A stretch of 64,000 bases of DNA from assembly GCA_973895155.1 (NCBI GenBank), contig OZ316895.1:22952558-23016557 (forward strand). Direction: 5' to 3'. The DNA comes from Marsupella aquatica. Its lineage: Eukaryota; Plantae; Marchantiophyta. This document shows, piece by piece, positions 12,860 through 24,727 of the stretch (within the stretch, counting starts at the first letter, position 1; every line of letters begins with the position of its first letter). The notes beneath the pieces were generated by a model. It saw only the letters and a program-made list of their open reading frames with translations. It searched no databases and was not told the DNA's origin. A program made the position numbers and the translations under genes.

Positions 12860-13610
12860 TGGCATAAGACCAATGACAAAAAGTTATGTAGTATGAATTT
12901 CCTAGTACATATGTTTATGGACAGGCATAAGACCAATCCTAATGGCAAAGTGACTAATGCTTATAGCATAGGCCAATCCTAATGCCAAAAAGTTATGGAG
13001 TATGAAAGTTATGGAGTATGAATTCCCTAGTACATTTGTTTATGGACAGGCATAAGACCAATCCTAATGGCAAAGTGACTAATGGTTATAGCATAGACCA
13101 ATCCTAATGCCAAAAAGTTATGTAGTATGAATTCTGTTGTACAAAGTTATCAGAGTACATAACATGGACAGGAAGGCGTAAGACCAATCCTAATGGCAAG
13201 GAATTGTGTAGAACATAACTTTTAGTGCCCCATAACTAGCAAATCGAGTACATAACATGGACTACTGGCAAGGAATTGTGTAGAACATAACTTTTAGTGC
13301 CCCATAACTAGCAAATCGAGTACATAACATGGACTAATGGCAAGGAATTGTGTAGAACATAACTTTTAGTGCCCCATAACTAGCAAATCGAGTACATAAC
13401 ATGGACAGGAAGGCACCAATCCTAATGGCAAGGAATTGTGTAGTACATAACTTTTAGTGTCCCATAACTAGCAAAGCATGGCAAAAAGTTATGGAGTATG
13501 AATTCTGTACTACATCAAATTAGTACATCAAATTGTCAACTTTGAGATGCCCTATCATGTCCATAATTTCTGCAAAAAGTTATCGAGTATGAATTCTGTA
13601 GTAGATCAAA
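12860..13610. repeat. Tandem repeats (~125-bp and ~70-bp units)
   Basis: Repeated gaccaatcctaatggcaaag... and ggcaaggaattgtgtagaacataacttttagtgccccataactagcaaatcgagtacataacatggac. Related single-copy sequence lies at ~4270-4400. Confidence 0.85.
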
Positions 13611-14356
13611 TTGCCACCTCTGAATGAATAAAGTTTCGGGCTTATCACTTTCCAAAAAATATATTAGAAATTTGACCTACCCGTTAAAGTATGTGTTACT
13701 GCAAAAATGATTTGATTGGACTAATGTCATCCCATAAATTTTCTCTGCGGTTCCATTGCTGGTACATCCATTGCATTCCAAGAGCACAAAACACAATGCC
13801 ATACAGCCTCTTCAATTTCAGGTAAAGGTGGCAAAGGGGCACCAAACACACAATGGCATAAAGCCTCCTCAGTTTCATGTGGAGGTTCAATTTCAGGTAA
13901 AGGTGGCAAAGGGGCACAAAACACAAATGGCATAAAGCCTCCTCAATTTCATGTGAAGGTGGAGAACCAAGCTTTTTGCAACCAGAAGTTCGTCAGGCTG
14001 CAGAGCCATCTGCTTCGATTGGAAGTAGAAAGAAGCAGAGCCATCGAAGGGTGTCAAAGGATTTCGTGCTCTGTCTCTCCATCGTCGACTACAAAGTAAA
14101 GTGCTACATTCAGAGTGGTATTCTGTCTTCTAATCCTTCAGGCTGCCCCAGTCAGAAGTTGTTTCGATTTACATTCCTCCCCATACACGATTCATTCAGG
14201 GATCTGCAACTTCTTGCGAAGCTTTTTGCCGATGAAAGTCACCCTCCAAAACTGTTGGCAAAGGACCTTTGAAGCGAAACTTCGCCCCTTCGTTCCTACG
14301 TACGCAGGAATCAATCGGTCACAACTAAGAATATGACTGCGTGATCCTCATAATGG

Positions 14357-14972
14357 ACTAGTGGAACAAAGTGTCGTCGCTTTTCACGGTGGAATTCACC
14401 ATGCCAGTGTTACCGAAGAACAAAGGCAATTGCATACGCTCGGGGGCTGATGTGTAGCTACCATCGACCACCAGATTATGCCCGCTAGTTTACTTGGATT
14501 CATCACTGGCAAGGAACAATACAACGATTGTAATGTCTTGTGCTGTTGTGACGGTGCTTTGGAGCCCTACTGGCCATGGACTGAGCGAATTGGGAGGGAT
14601 TGTGCTTCCAGTTGCTCGTGGCGTCCTTCAATTGTTCTGCTGTGACAAGAGCAGAAGGGCCGGGCTTGTGTTCTGACAGAGAGTTAGTGCTCTTGAACAA
14701 CGTTGGCGTGATGACGGCAGCTGGAGATAAGGCATTCACTCTGATCTGGTAAGAGCGCAGCTCGGAGGCAGCAGATTTCGTCAAACCCAGCAACGCATGC
14801 TTGCAAGTAGTGTAACAATGTGGAACAGTCCTCCCAGGACAGAAGCGACACTCGCTGTGTTAACAATGGACCCGCCTCTTTCTGCGGTCCTCATGATTCT
14901 CGTGGCGTGCTTGATACCCAGAAAGTAGGACTTGAGCATGACTTGCACCGTGCGGTCCCAATCTTCTCCTTC
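14357..14972 (-). pseudogene. 5'-truncated, frameshifted duplicate of the SDR gene at 1355-2299
   Basis: Close nucleotide match to 1355-1985, including the stop and 3' flank (13960-14356 vs 945-1354). It lacks the Rossmann N-terminus and indels break the frame. Confidence 0.88.
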
Positions 14973-15173
14973 TCAAGTCCCGACGGAATTATTACCCCAA
15001 ACCAACCTCCCCCAGGAAACGAGGGTCAAATTCACTCGTTTCTAGGTCTCTTGGTTCATACCTTCGAATAAAGTCTGTTCGATCACTTGGCGTACGAAGT
15101 GAAGTGAACCAGACAAGAGCATTGGCTCACAAAATCTCCTATTCTAGAGGTTGATGGCCAATCCTGGACCGTT

Positions 15174-18100
15174 TTATTGTCCAGCTGGGCGATATTCCAA
15201 TTCTAGTGGGGCTTGTCTTATACTGGACGACCATCTGGATTTCCAATTGAGTAGAGGGCATTCTCCATCTGATGGCTGCCGGTTGAATCGTTTCGCACAT
15301 TTAGGACACCTCTTCCCGTGAGTAACAAACAAACAGTGGATGTCGAACTTGAGAGAATCCGGTATCCTCTGATTCAGATGTAGATAAGCTTTCTCTCTGT
15401 CGGCCTGCTCTGGTACCCAACCCAGCATCTTGGAGATGCGAAAAACCTGCAACACACAGCTGTGTTAGCTCCAGTGGCTCTGAACATTCATTGATATCTT
15501 GAAAGGACAATACTGGACACTCAGACATACATGAGTGTCAACCGGAAATTCCTTCCGTTGAAGGTGAAACAGAAGTACACAGGCCACCTGCAAAAAATGA
15601 CGGCTCGATGTCAAATGCCAAATTGGAGATGTGACGTAAAGTCATTGACCCAGGATGAGACTAGTTCAATGCTTCAAGGACTTTAAAACGAACATTCCCG
15701 ACAACCCAAACATCGAAAGGATGCATGCGGAATTCTGAAAGGTCTAGTAAGGACTCAAGTCTAATCTTGCCACAAGAATATAGATCTTAAACTTACTATG
15801 CATTCCTTGGATTAAAGAAATTAATTTCCAATTCAAACAGGTGAAGGACTCCAACCGTTTTAGGACCGACACCCTTAAAGCGTGAGAGCTCCGCTTTGAT
15901 ATCTTCATTCGACATGTTTCGAATGTACTCCATACTAATTTCCCCCCGCTCTTTTAACAAAGTGCCCAGAATAGTACGAATGCGCTCGGCCTTTATCTCT
16001 GCCAAGCCCCCAGGCCTTATCGCATCCTCTACATCCTTTGGGTTGGCTCGAAGGACCTGTCAACCGCACCAATGACTTATACATTAGTATGGTACACCTG
16101 CTCATTCAAGTACTAAGATCCTGCACGGACGGAAGCCAAAACCGATAAGGTCCATTTCGAATACTACAACAGCCTAGATCACAACATTTCCGGAGAGCTG
16201 CCAAAATCATCCAAGGTAGCTATCATTGAATAAACAGGATGCGGGGAAACGGACCTCCTCCCAAGTAGGAAATGACTTTTTAAGGGATGCAAATGCCCTT
16301 CGGGAGTTGTTGTCTGTGGTGTTCTGTGAAAGAAGGGTGCCAATTAAGGAGTCCAGAACTCCTCCCCGCCTGTCCCTTGAACGACCTTTGGGAACCACAT
16401 CTTTTGGGCGAAAACCCTCCTCCGAAACTACCGGTCTCACTCCCAATTGTTTGTTGACAGCCTCGTCTACTTCCTGGGGCCCAGACTTGATAGCATGGCG
16501 GTGACCCTGAGTCTTTGTTAGAGGCCCTGAAGGATCCAGAGGTTGCAATCGCTGCAGTGATCATAAACGTTATTCATGATTCCCATTAGAATGATGTCGA
16601 CGATCAAATGCATCTGATTAGGAGGCCTCACAAGCCTAAATCGGATTACGTAGAATAGAAACCAGAGACAACAGAGATGGCAAAAATCCAGCAGCACAAA
16701 TGCTGGGTGTCACCGGTCGACTGAGCTTTAACGAGCAGATGCCACATCCCTAATCAGGAATATCCTTCCTGAAAATGCACCTTGATTACCACCTTAGTCA
16801 AGAAATGACTAAAGGCCACAATACGAGGGGTGAAAAGATGGACTCCAAGACTAACGAATTTGACATCAGCCAATTTTCACCCGGCGAGAATACCCTCGCC
16901 ATCTCGTATGCATTTCAGCACAACAGTTATCTTTAGAGGTAATAGAGCATAGTGCTGCTGTGGCCACAATGACTAGTTACGAAGAATGCGTCCATAGCAG
17001 TCTACATGAGAGGCAGGGCCAACAAACAGGAGAGACAATGCGAAGAGCTAAGCCTACAATACCTGCACGTAGATATGTTGCTCAACTGTTGGGCAGGATA
17101 CTTTAGGCCGCTCGTACTCAGGAAGGTGACCGTGCAGAGCCGACAGCAAGTCTTTAGCTTGCTGGCATTCCTCAGGAAAAGGGCGCGAATACGATGGAAA
17201 TGGCCCTGGCAGCGAAATAACAGAGGATGCAATTTCTGCCAAAAGAAAACCACGAATGAGAAGCACTGCAGCCACAAATTTAAGTTAGCAAAGCTTGAAA
17301 CGAGCAGTGAAAGTAACTCAACGAAAGGCCTAGCTCCTTGAACTGAGAGCTCAAAAAATACGCAAAATTCTAACAGTCCAACGAAAATCTCAGCCAATGC
17401 TGAGCTCGTTCTGGCCTGGGCTCGGGGACCAACACCAGGCTAACCGGCCACGACGAACCAGACCTCGACCTTTCATATCCGAGTTTTCCTATTGATGAAC
17501 TGCTCGTCGATACATGTAAAAATTACTACGACACAGATGTAACAGGCTGCCAACTTGCCAACGGTCAATTGAGGGAAAAGTGCGAAATATGGAACCATAA
17601 GAAATTACTCGGTAAGCGTGCAAGAGAAATCTGTGTAAGTTGCAGTGAAATGTCTCACCAGATGCCAATTGTACTTCGCTGCCTGAACGTACACTAATAA
17701 TTTGTAGACCAGGCGCCGCTCCAATGGTTACTTTACTTGACTTTTTGCTATCTGATGCTTGCTTACTGGGAGTCGCCCCAGAGGACCTCTGCTCTGACAA
17801 TTTTCTTTTCGGTCGACTAATCACCTGAGGAGATCCTTGCTCTTTCTTTGAGTCCTCTTTCTGCTGGTCTTTTTCCACCTTCACCTTCGTGACCCTTGAC
17901 AGAACATTACTTTGCACCTTCCTTCTTCGAGGTCCGGCCTTTTCTCGGGGTTCTGCTTTTACAATGTCATCAATCTCCGTGTTTTGCTGACCTGATGAAA
18001 TGAGAGTTTCTTCTTCCTTGGGCTCCTGCTTCACCACGCCAATCAAAGTCACCTTGTGGTCTTCCTTACCCTGCTCTGCTTTCTCGATCTTAACTGCAAC

Positions 18101-18538
18101 AAGTTTGGGCTTGGAGTTTCTCCTGCCGGTTGGTCGAGACTCTTTGACGACATCATCATCCGCTTCCAGCTTAACCTTAACTCTCCTCTTCCGGGCTCCG
18201 ACGTTTCCACCGGTGCCACGGTCGAAGTGGACGTCATCATTCATGGTAGCCGCCATTGGGGAGCTAAATTTCAACTGCCTTTTAATATCGTCCAAATTCA
18301 AGCTCTGGTGCTCTCGCAAATTGAACTCCTCACTGGCAGGCTTGTCGTCGGAACTGCCGCTTAACTCTTCTACTTCGCTCTCTGATTCCGATCTCAGGAA
18401 TCGGAGGAGCTTCAACCTGGCTTCAGAGATATTCGAGAAACCTCGAGGTGTGGTGAACCTACCTGCTGATGTCTTCGAACTTAAGGTACCCACAACATTC
18501 CGAGCTGCAATTCTCAAACTGTGACGACTAGGTCCCAT
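15174..18538 (-). CDS. HhH-GPD base-excision DNA glycosylase (endonuclease III superfamily, At3g47830-like), 6 coding exons, ~616 aa
   Basis: Phase-consistent GT-AG exons: 18538-17659, 17205-17063, 16551-16255, 16056-15856, 15587-15531, 15446-15174. Motifs: RPFPEEC, VLDSLIGTLLSQNTTD, GGLAEIKA, HhH FKGVGPKT, FPVDTHVFR and THGKRCPKC...CPL. The start ATG is tentative. Confidence 0.88.
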
Positions 18539-20294
18539 ACTCGTAAAGGAAACACCGACACAATAGCAGGGCAGTTGCATCAGCCCACCGATACTTACCC
18601 TCATTCCTCCATTCCACAAAAAGAACCGATGGATACGTGTCAAACTATCAATTGTGCCAATCGACAAATACATGCATTTCAAGTGAGCCCATTGAATTCA
18701 TCTTTTGTCAGCTTCTCACGCAAACCGGTCCGGACTGGACGCAAAGGAGACGGACCACCTCATCAGCAATGCGCCCCTCAACCAGACTGCTTGCTGATCT
18801 GCCAGACAGACCGAATCGTCCACACATCATCCAGCAACAACACTCTGATCAGGACAGGCGGAACTCTCGTGGAAACGGGGCAACCACTGTCATGAAAAGC
18901 CGGGAGACGTGAATCAGAAGACAACTTGGGTCACCGCAGGTCGAATGCAACAACGAGCGAACTCCAAACCTTCCAATTTCCGATCCCAAAAACAGAGTTG
19001 CAAAAAGTGAGAACGATAATGTGCGTGTCATCTCATCGGCTTCAGATTGATGGTCAAATATCCCAGCAGCGGGATCTCAATCAATGTACCGTCGATCGTG
19101 ATACCGGCTAATCAGGCCTGACTGAAATCGGATCTCGTCAGCTGAGGTGATGCGTGAAACAGAAAAGTGGACAATGGTGGGCGCATATTTGCGCGGGAAA
19201 ACGAGCTTGTGGGGGACCGTCAGCCACGTCTATAGTTAGCGCAGCTTTTGCCCCTCAACTTACTCGGAAACTGATGGCTTGCAGAAGAACACTCATGATA
19301 CTGGCTCGACAAGTCGGCGGTCGGATCTCCTTATTATTATGACAAGGAGAATCTCTGTCACGATACTTATGAGTGCCAACATTGAAAGTTCTATGGCTAC
19401 CACCAGAGTAATTACCGGCATTGCGAGCCATTTTTGCCAGCTGGAGTGGCAACATTGCACGCAGACTTTGCACGCTGAGATAATTGCACTTTGCACCTGG
19501 CGTGTGAACCTGAGAGTGTAGGAAGCTCTGTGTTCACATCGCATCAGTGTCGTGCAGAAGTGTGGAGGAGAAAGTTATGAAATGGCAGTCTACCGTAGAG
19601 AGGAAGGCTCATTGAAATGTACAGCAAGTCGAACCAAGTCCCAAGGGACGAGAGGCAGGAACTTCGACTCAATCCCAAACACAGGAGCGGTCGGCCCTAA
19701 GCATGCTCTGCACCTCATACCTGTTTGAGGTCTCCAAGACTTTCCCTCTTGAACCAACATCCCCTTGTTGAAGTCGAGCTCGGAATGTTGTGTGAGATAC
19801 TATCATGTTCCATATAAACAATTCAGAAAAAGGGATCCTGTGTTGTAATTCTTGCTCCCGAGGTGTACGACGTCGCTTCCGAAGTGTGAATACAGATCGT
19901 GGATCAGCATCAGTCTATCTTTGCAGTGTTGCAGCAATAGCAAGGTCTGCATCCTGACGTCTGCGTGTACGTATTCCCTTACGCAGTAACCCCCACCTTG
20001 TGGCAATCACATTCAGACTCTTGTTTGAATTCTTTTCGAGCAGAAACTTCGTCGATTCAGGAGGTATAGTCTGTATCTGCGGCAAATGAGAGGAGGCCAA
20101 GCCTAGACACTGAGGCGGCTCTGGCGGGATGGCGTTACAGATTGGGGATATCCCACCGAGTCTACATATTGTCACAGTGTTCGCCTGCTCCCATCCCGAG
20201 CACTTGAGTCACGAAAATACCAACTTCAGTTTGGCCATCGAAACCACACGTTAGGCGATCCTTTTACGTACAGACTCAGAGCAAGAAGTAGTAA

Positions 20295-20525
20295 TCACGG
20301 CACAAACAATGTTTCATGGCACACAAATGAAACTATTGTCAGCGTCGTAGCTGTCATGCTTTGAGAAGATTTAGATGATGACTACTGAAAACTAATCCTT
20401 TTCTGTACACACTTAAGCAAGAATTAGAATTCACGGCACAAACAACGTTTCATAGAACACAAACGCAACTATTGTCAGCATCGTAGCTGTCATGCTGTGA
20501 GAAGATTTAGATGGAGACCACTGTA
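20295..20525. repeat. ~136-bp tandem duplication downstream of the ankyrin gene
   Basis: tcacggcacaaacaa...gtagctgtcatgct...gagaagatttagatg occurs twice (~20295, ~20431). Confidence 0.75.
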
Positions 20526-20666
20526 AACTATCGGAGCCCACAACTGGGCACTTGCTTTATCTGGCATATTTGCAGATCTTGTTATCTGGCATTTTCATCC
20601 AAATGTCATGAAAAACAATGGTAGACTGCAAGACATCAGTCCAGTCGTTCACGTGGTATATACATT

Positions 20667-23600
20667 TTATTTGTGTTTCTGAATCGTCATGTAAAGGGTT
20701 CGGCAATACGCCGGACACCGTTTCACATAAGTTTTAAGTCTAGATCTCACAGTCAAGTACAGCTTATGCAAGAAAGCGCAAAGAACGGCCAGGCAAAGTA
20801 ATAATCCTATAATTGAAGTGGCTACCATGTTATTTCTATACTTAGCGATAGGTGGCAGAGCTGCAAGTCCTGCAGCTGTAAATGCTCCCAAAACACAGAA
20901 GATTGACACTGATAACAACATTGAAGTGAACACCAGCCATCTCCGAACTACTCGCACTTCAGTCTTGATGAATTGGCCAGGGGCAGGCAACACTGTCGCC
21001 GCTCCGGCAACCACAGTAGCTATAGCCGAAAAGAAAGATAAGCTGTTGAATGCCCAGAATATGCGGACGCTTCCGTGTTGCTCCACAGCAGCAAATGATT
21101 CATAATTTCCTGGTGGAGCGTAAGGAGCAGGCTCCTGGTAGTACATAGTGTAGTTCAAGGGTGGTTGAAGCCAACCAGCAAATGTCACACTTGCAATGAG
21201 GGCAGCCCCCACCAAAATGGCATTTGCAGCATCAACAAACACTTGACGATCCCTGTAAAGGTTGTCAACATATCTCTGCACATCGGGCCGCCCTCTGAGC
21301 AACCCTTCAATGCCTTTCCACTTCTCAGGACTCCATTTGCGATCCTTCGATGGTAAATCCTCTGATTGCATTTCTACAGCCCTTTCCAAAGGTGTTCTGC
21401 CATCCCTGTCCGATTCAGCGGCTGCAAGTGTAGGCTCTTGGAGCAGTATGGTGACTGCGGGTATGTCACATTTAGAGACGGCTATATCAAGAGCTGTGTT
21501 CCCAGTTATCCTCTCCCGAGCATTTAATATTTCTTTGAATGTCGGAAGCGCCAACAATCTTCTCAGCTCCTTATGAAAACAGTCACATGCAGCAGAGTTA
21601 ACTTCCACGGCATCTTGTTTCTGTCATTTTCCCACTTCAGCAGCTTATCTTTTATTCGATCATAAGAGAAACTTGAGGCACCCTTCACATGTAGGTTTCC
21701 AAAGCTAAATTGGCTAATCAATCCTGGGTCTGTGGAAAGAAGTGGAAATCTATATTGATCGTGATGGTCGTTGTCTCTCATAAAACTCTCCACTTGTGAC
21801 AAACAAATTTGAAGCTCCAACACATTGTATAATGTCAAATTGGTGCACAACTCTTTTTCGAACTCGCTCTCTGCGAGCAACACGGCTTTCTCGACCAGAA
21901 TTCGTTTATATTTGTTCGCCGGTGGTACTTGCAATTTCTGAGTTTCATTTTGCGATGGTGGAACTCTGTTCAGTAATCTACCTCCGGTCCGCAGCATCCA
22001 CGGTATGTCTGTATTCCAAGTTTCGCTTACTCTGCCTTTTGGAAACGCCATTGTCCAAGGTGTCTTTCCATCGCTGGACTCCCCAAATACATCAATCTTT
22101 GGATGACTAAGAAGCAACTCCACAACCTCGGCATGTTGTCTCTCCACTGCATGATGAAGAGGGGTAAGGCCTCCACGCTCCTCCTCCCACAAGACAGCCT
22201 GCAAGTTTGGCCTCGGTAACAACGACCTTTGATTCATATTCTGACCGTCTTCATCCTGGTATTCGAATCCAAGTTCGACTTCAACTGCCATTTCTCGAGA
22301 ATTAGCATTCGGCTTAGCCACAGCATTTGGTTGTATATTGTTGCAGTCGTGATAGTTCTCGCCATACTCGAGCCCAACAAGAGTGAACTGGTCTGCCACA
22401 AATTTCAGTTCAGGATCATACAGTCCGAATCGAGAACGTTCACGAGCATCCAACAAAAGAGCTGTGATTACACGTGAATTACCCTTCCAGGCTGCTAAAT
22501 GTGAAGGTGTATACCCATCCAGGTCAGTGGCATTCAGATTCGCAAGACTACCAAGTGATAGAAACAGCTGAAAGTCCCAAACCAGGAACTCTACAGTAAT
22601 TGGCCTGTTGTGCCATGCTGCGTAGTGCAAGACGGTCCGTCCCATGCAATCTCTCGCATTCACGTACGCAGTGAGGGCCGCAAATGAGTCCACCAAAGCT
22701 TCATACACTTTAACCCCCTCGTACCGTCGCTTCATGGACAACACCGACCTAATTCCTCGGCGAGTAATGGGAAAACCGTGTCGGCTTCCCTCGGTACTTC
22801 TTTCGCTCTCCTGGCCATTGATTATATCCCTGATCTCTAGGAGAAAGTCCTGATACCATTTTTCGCTTATCATCAAAAGCATCTCAGCTGAATTAAATGG
22901 ACCCAAGTCGTGCACTTCCAGCGTTGCAGCCATAAAAGCTTCCACGATCGACGTCGCTGGACGTAACGCCCGACGGTGGTTGCCTGCAGCAGCCATGTGG
23001 AGTGCTGTGAACTTTTCCTTAGAGGTCTTGTTCAATAACTCACATCTAACCTGCAGAGGCAACAGTGGCAGATAGCCAGAGTCCCTCTTCTCCCAAGATT
23101 CTCTCGAACCTTTCCCGTGCAGCAACAAATTCACCACCGCCTCGTGACCGCAAAATGCTGCTATGTGAAGGCAACTCAGGTCACCTCTGGCGCACATCAA
23201 CACATCTGCTCCTTTGTCCAAGAGCATTCGCACAATCTCAACGTGCCCCTCCTTGCACGCAATGATCAGGGCTGTGCGTCCCAACCCATCTTGGGCATTC
23301 AACTCGATGTCTGGACAATTCACCAGAAGGCTCATCACCTCCACGTTGCCATTCGTCGCTGCATGATGGATAGCCGCAAATGCAAGTCTTCCATCCTCCT
23401 TCTCATTCACGTTCACCTGATCTTGCTCTAAAATCGACTTCACTCTCTCAGTGTCACCTGCCTTGACAGCATCAAGAATTGATTCACTATGTGCCCTTAC
23501 AGTCTCAGCCCTAGTGTTCGGAACAGCTGACTCTAATCCTTCCACAGGGTCCGAAACAGTGAAATTAGTTACATCCTGTGAGTTGGCTGAAACAGCATCT

Positions 23601-23692
23601 TCAGCAAGTTGAATCTCTCCATTGACTGATCCACCAAGTTCCCTTGAGTCTCCATCTGGACTCCTACTCTTAAACCGTCCGGAAGATGCCAT
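20667..23692 (-). CDS. Ankyrin-repeat protein with C-terminal PGG-type transmembrane domain (ACD6-like), interrupted by one frameshift at ~21575
   Basis: Multiple ANK repeats (GRTALIIAC, GRTVLHYAA, GLTPLHHAV, GNTALDIAV), then ANAILVGAALIASVTFAGWLQPP...FNSLSFF and about four TM helices. It appears as two overlapping ORFs (21563-23791, 20667-21608). First in-frame ATG is at 23692. Confidence 0.82.
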
Positions 23693-24727
23693 CAGAACAT
23701 GCAGATTGATTCCAAGGCCCTGTTCGTGATTGACTCCATCTAATCCTCGAAGTCGCACTCTGGTCGTCTTCAATCTCAATCGGGCTGCCACACTTGCATC
23801 TACCTATGGAGCTCCTTCTCCTGCAGACCCAATCCCAGAGATCGCCATGTTCAGCAACAACTTTCTGCAAACCCTGTGCTGGGATGAGCTTCAAGTTCTG
23901 AACAACGCCACCACAGTGAATGAGCCTCAGGAAAGATCGAAAAGCACTACCACATCGGCGAAGCCAATTCGACGATGACCTTCAACACTGACCTTCAACA
24001 CTGAACTTCAACACTAAATCGGGCTGACCTTCAACACATCCACAGCACGCGTGGAAAAATAGTGCAACGCATTTGATGTCAATAACCTGCCCACATCCAC
24101 ATTTCCAATGCCGAGCATCGCGTGAACTGGTCAACTGAACTCAACCTGGGATGTGCAGATGTCGCTCGTCAGCAAGTTGAAGCAAATGCCAGTGGAGAAT
24201 GGTGCTGACCCAATTACAGAAGGCCAACCAGGGGAGCTTGGTGATGAAATCATGACAATTATCGAGCTCGAACTCTGCAATCTCTCAACGCGAATGACTT
24301 TTTCCTTCTCTTCTGAGGAGACCAGACTCCTTTTCTTCACCTGCCGCACTACTCTGCACCGAGGGACCGTGTTGACTTTGTGGATTATCGCCATCTTTAC
24401 GATGCAGAAGGACGTTTCCTGGAAACTTGGTTTCCTCAATTTTCGCTTCTTTGTCAAGTGTCATCCTTTGCCATCTTTTTCAGATTTGCCACCCATCCCA
24501 TGACCAAAAACAAAGAAGCATTCCACTACTGTAATTAAAGCTATTAGGTACAAATTGGAGCATGTGATGATGTGACAGTAGATAGATTAATGTGATAGAT
24601 TCATTAGTACAAACGAGAAAGCCATTAGTATAAATTAGAGCATCCAACAGCAGATTGATTTGTACAGCATGCCCACGCTTTGAATTTAATGAGATGATGA
24701 CAAATATTATCATGCATGTCATCATTT

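Noticed and set aside
13190-13475. CRISPR-like ~70-bp periodic array
   Set aside because: Whole units repeat near-identically, so it is a plain tandem repeat.
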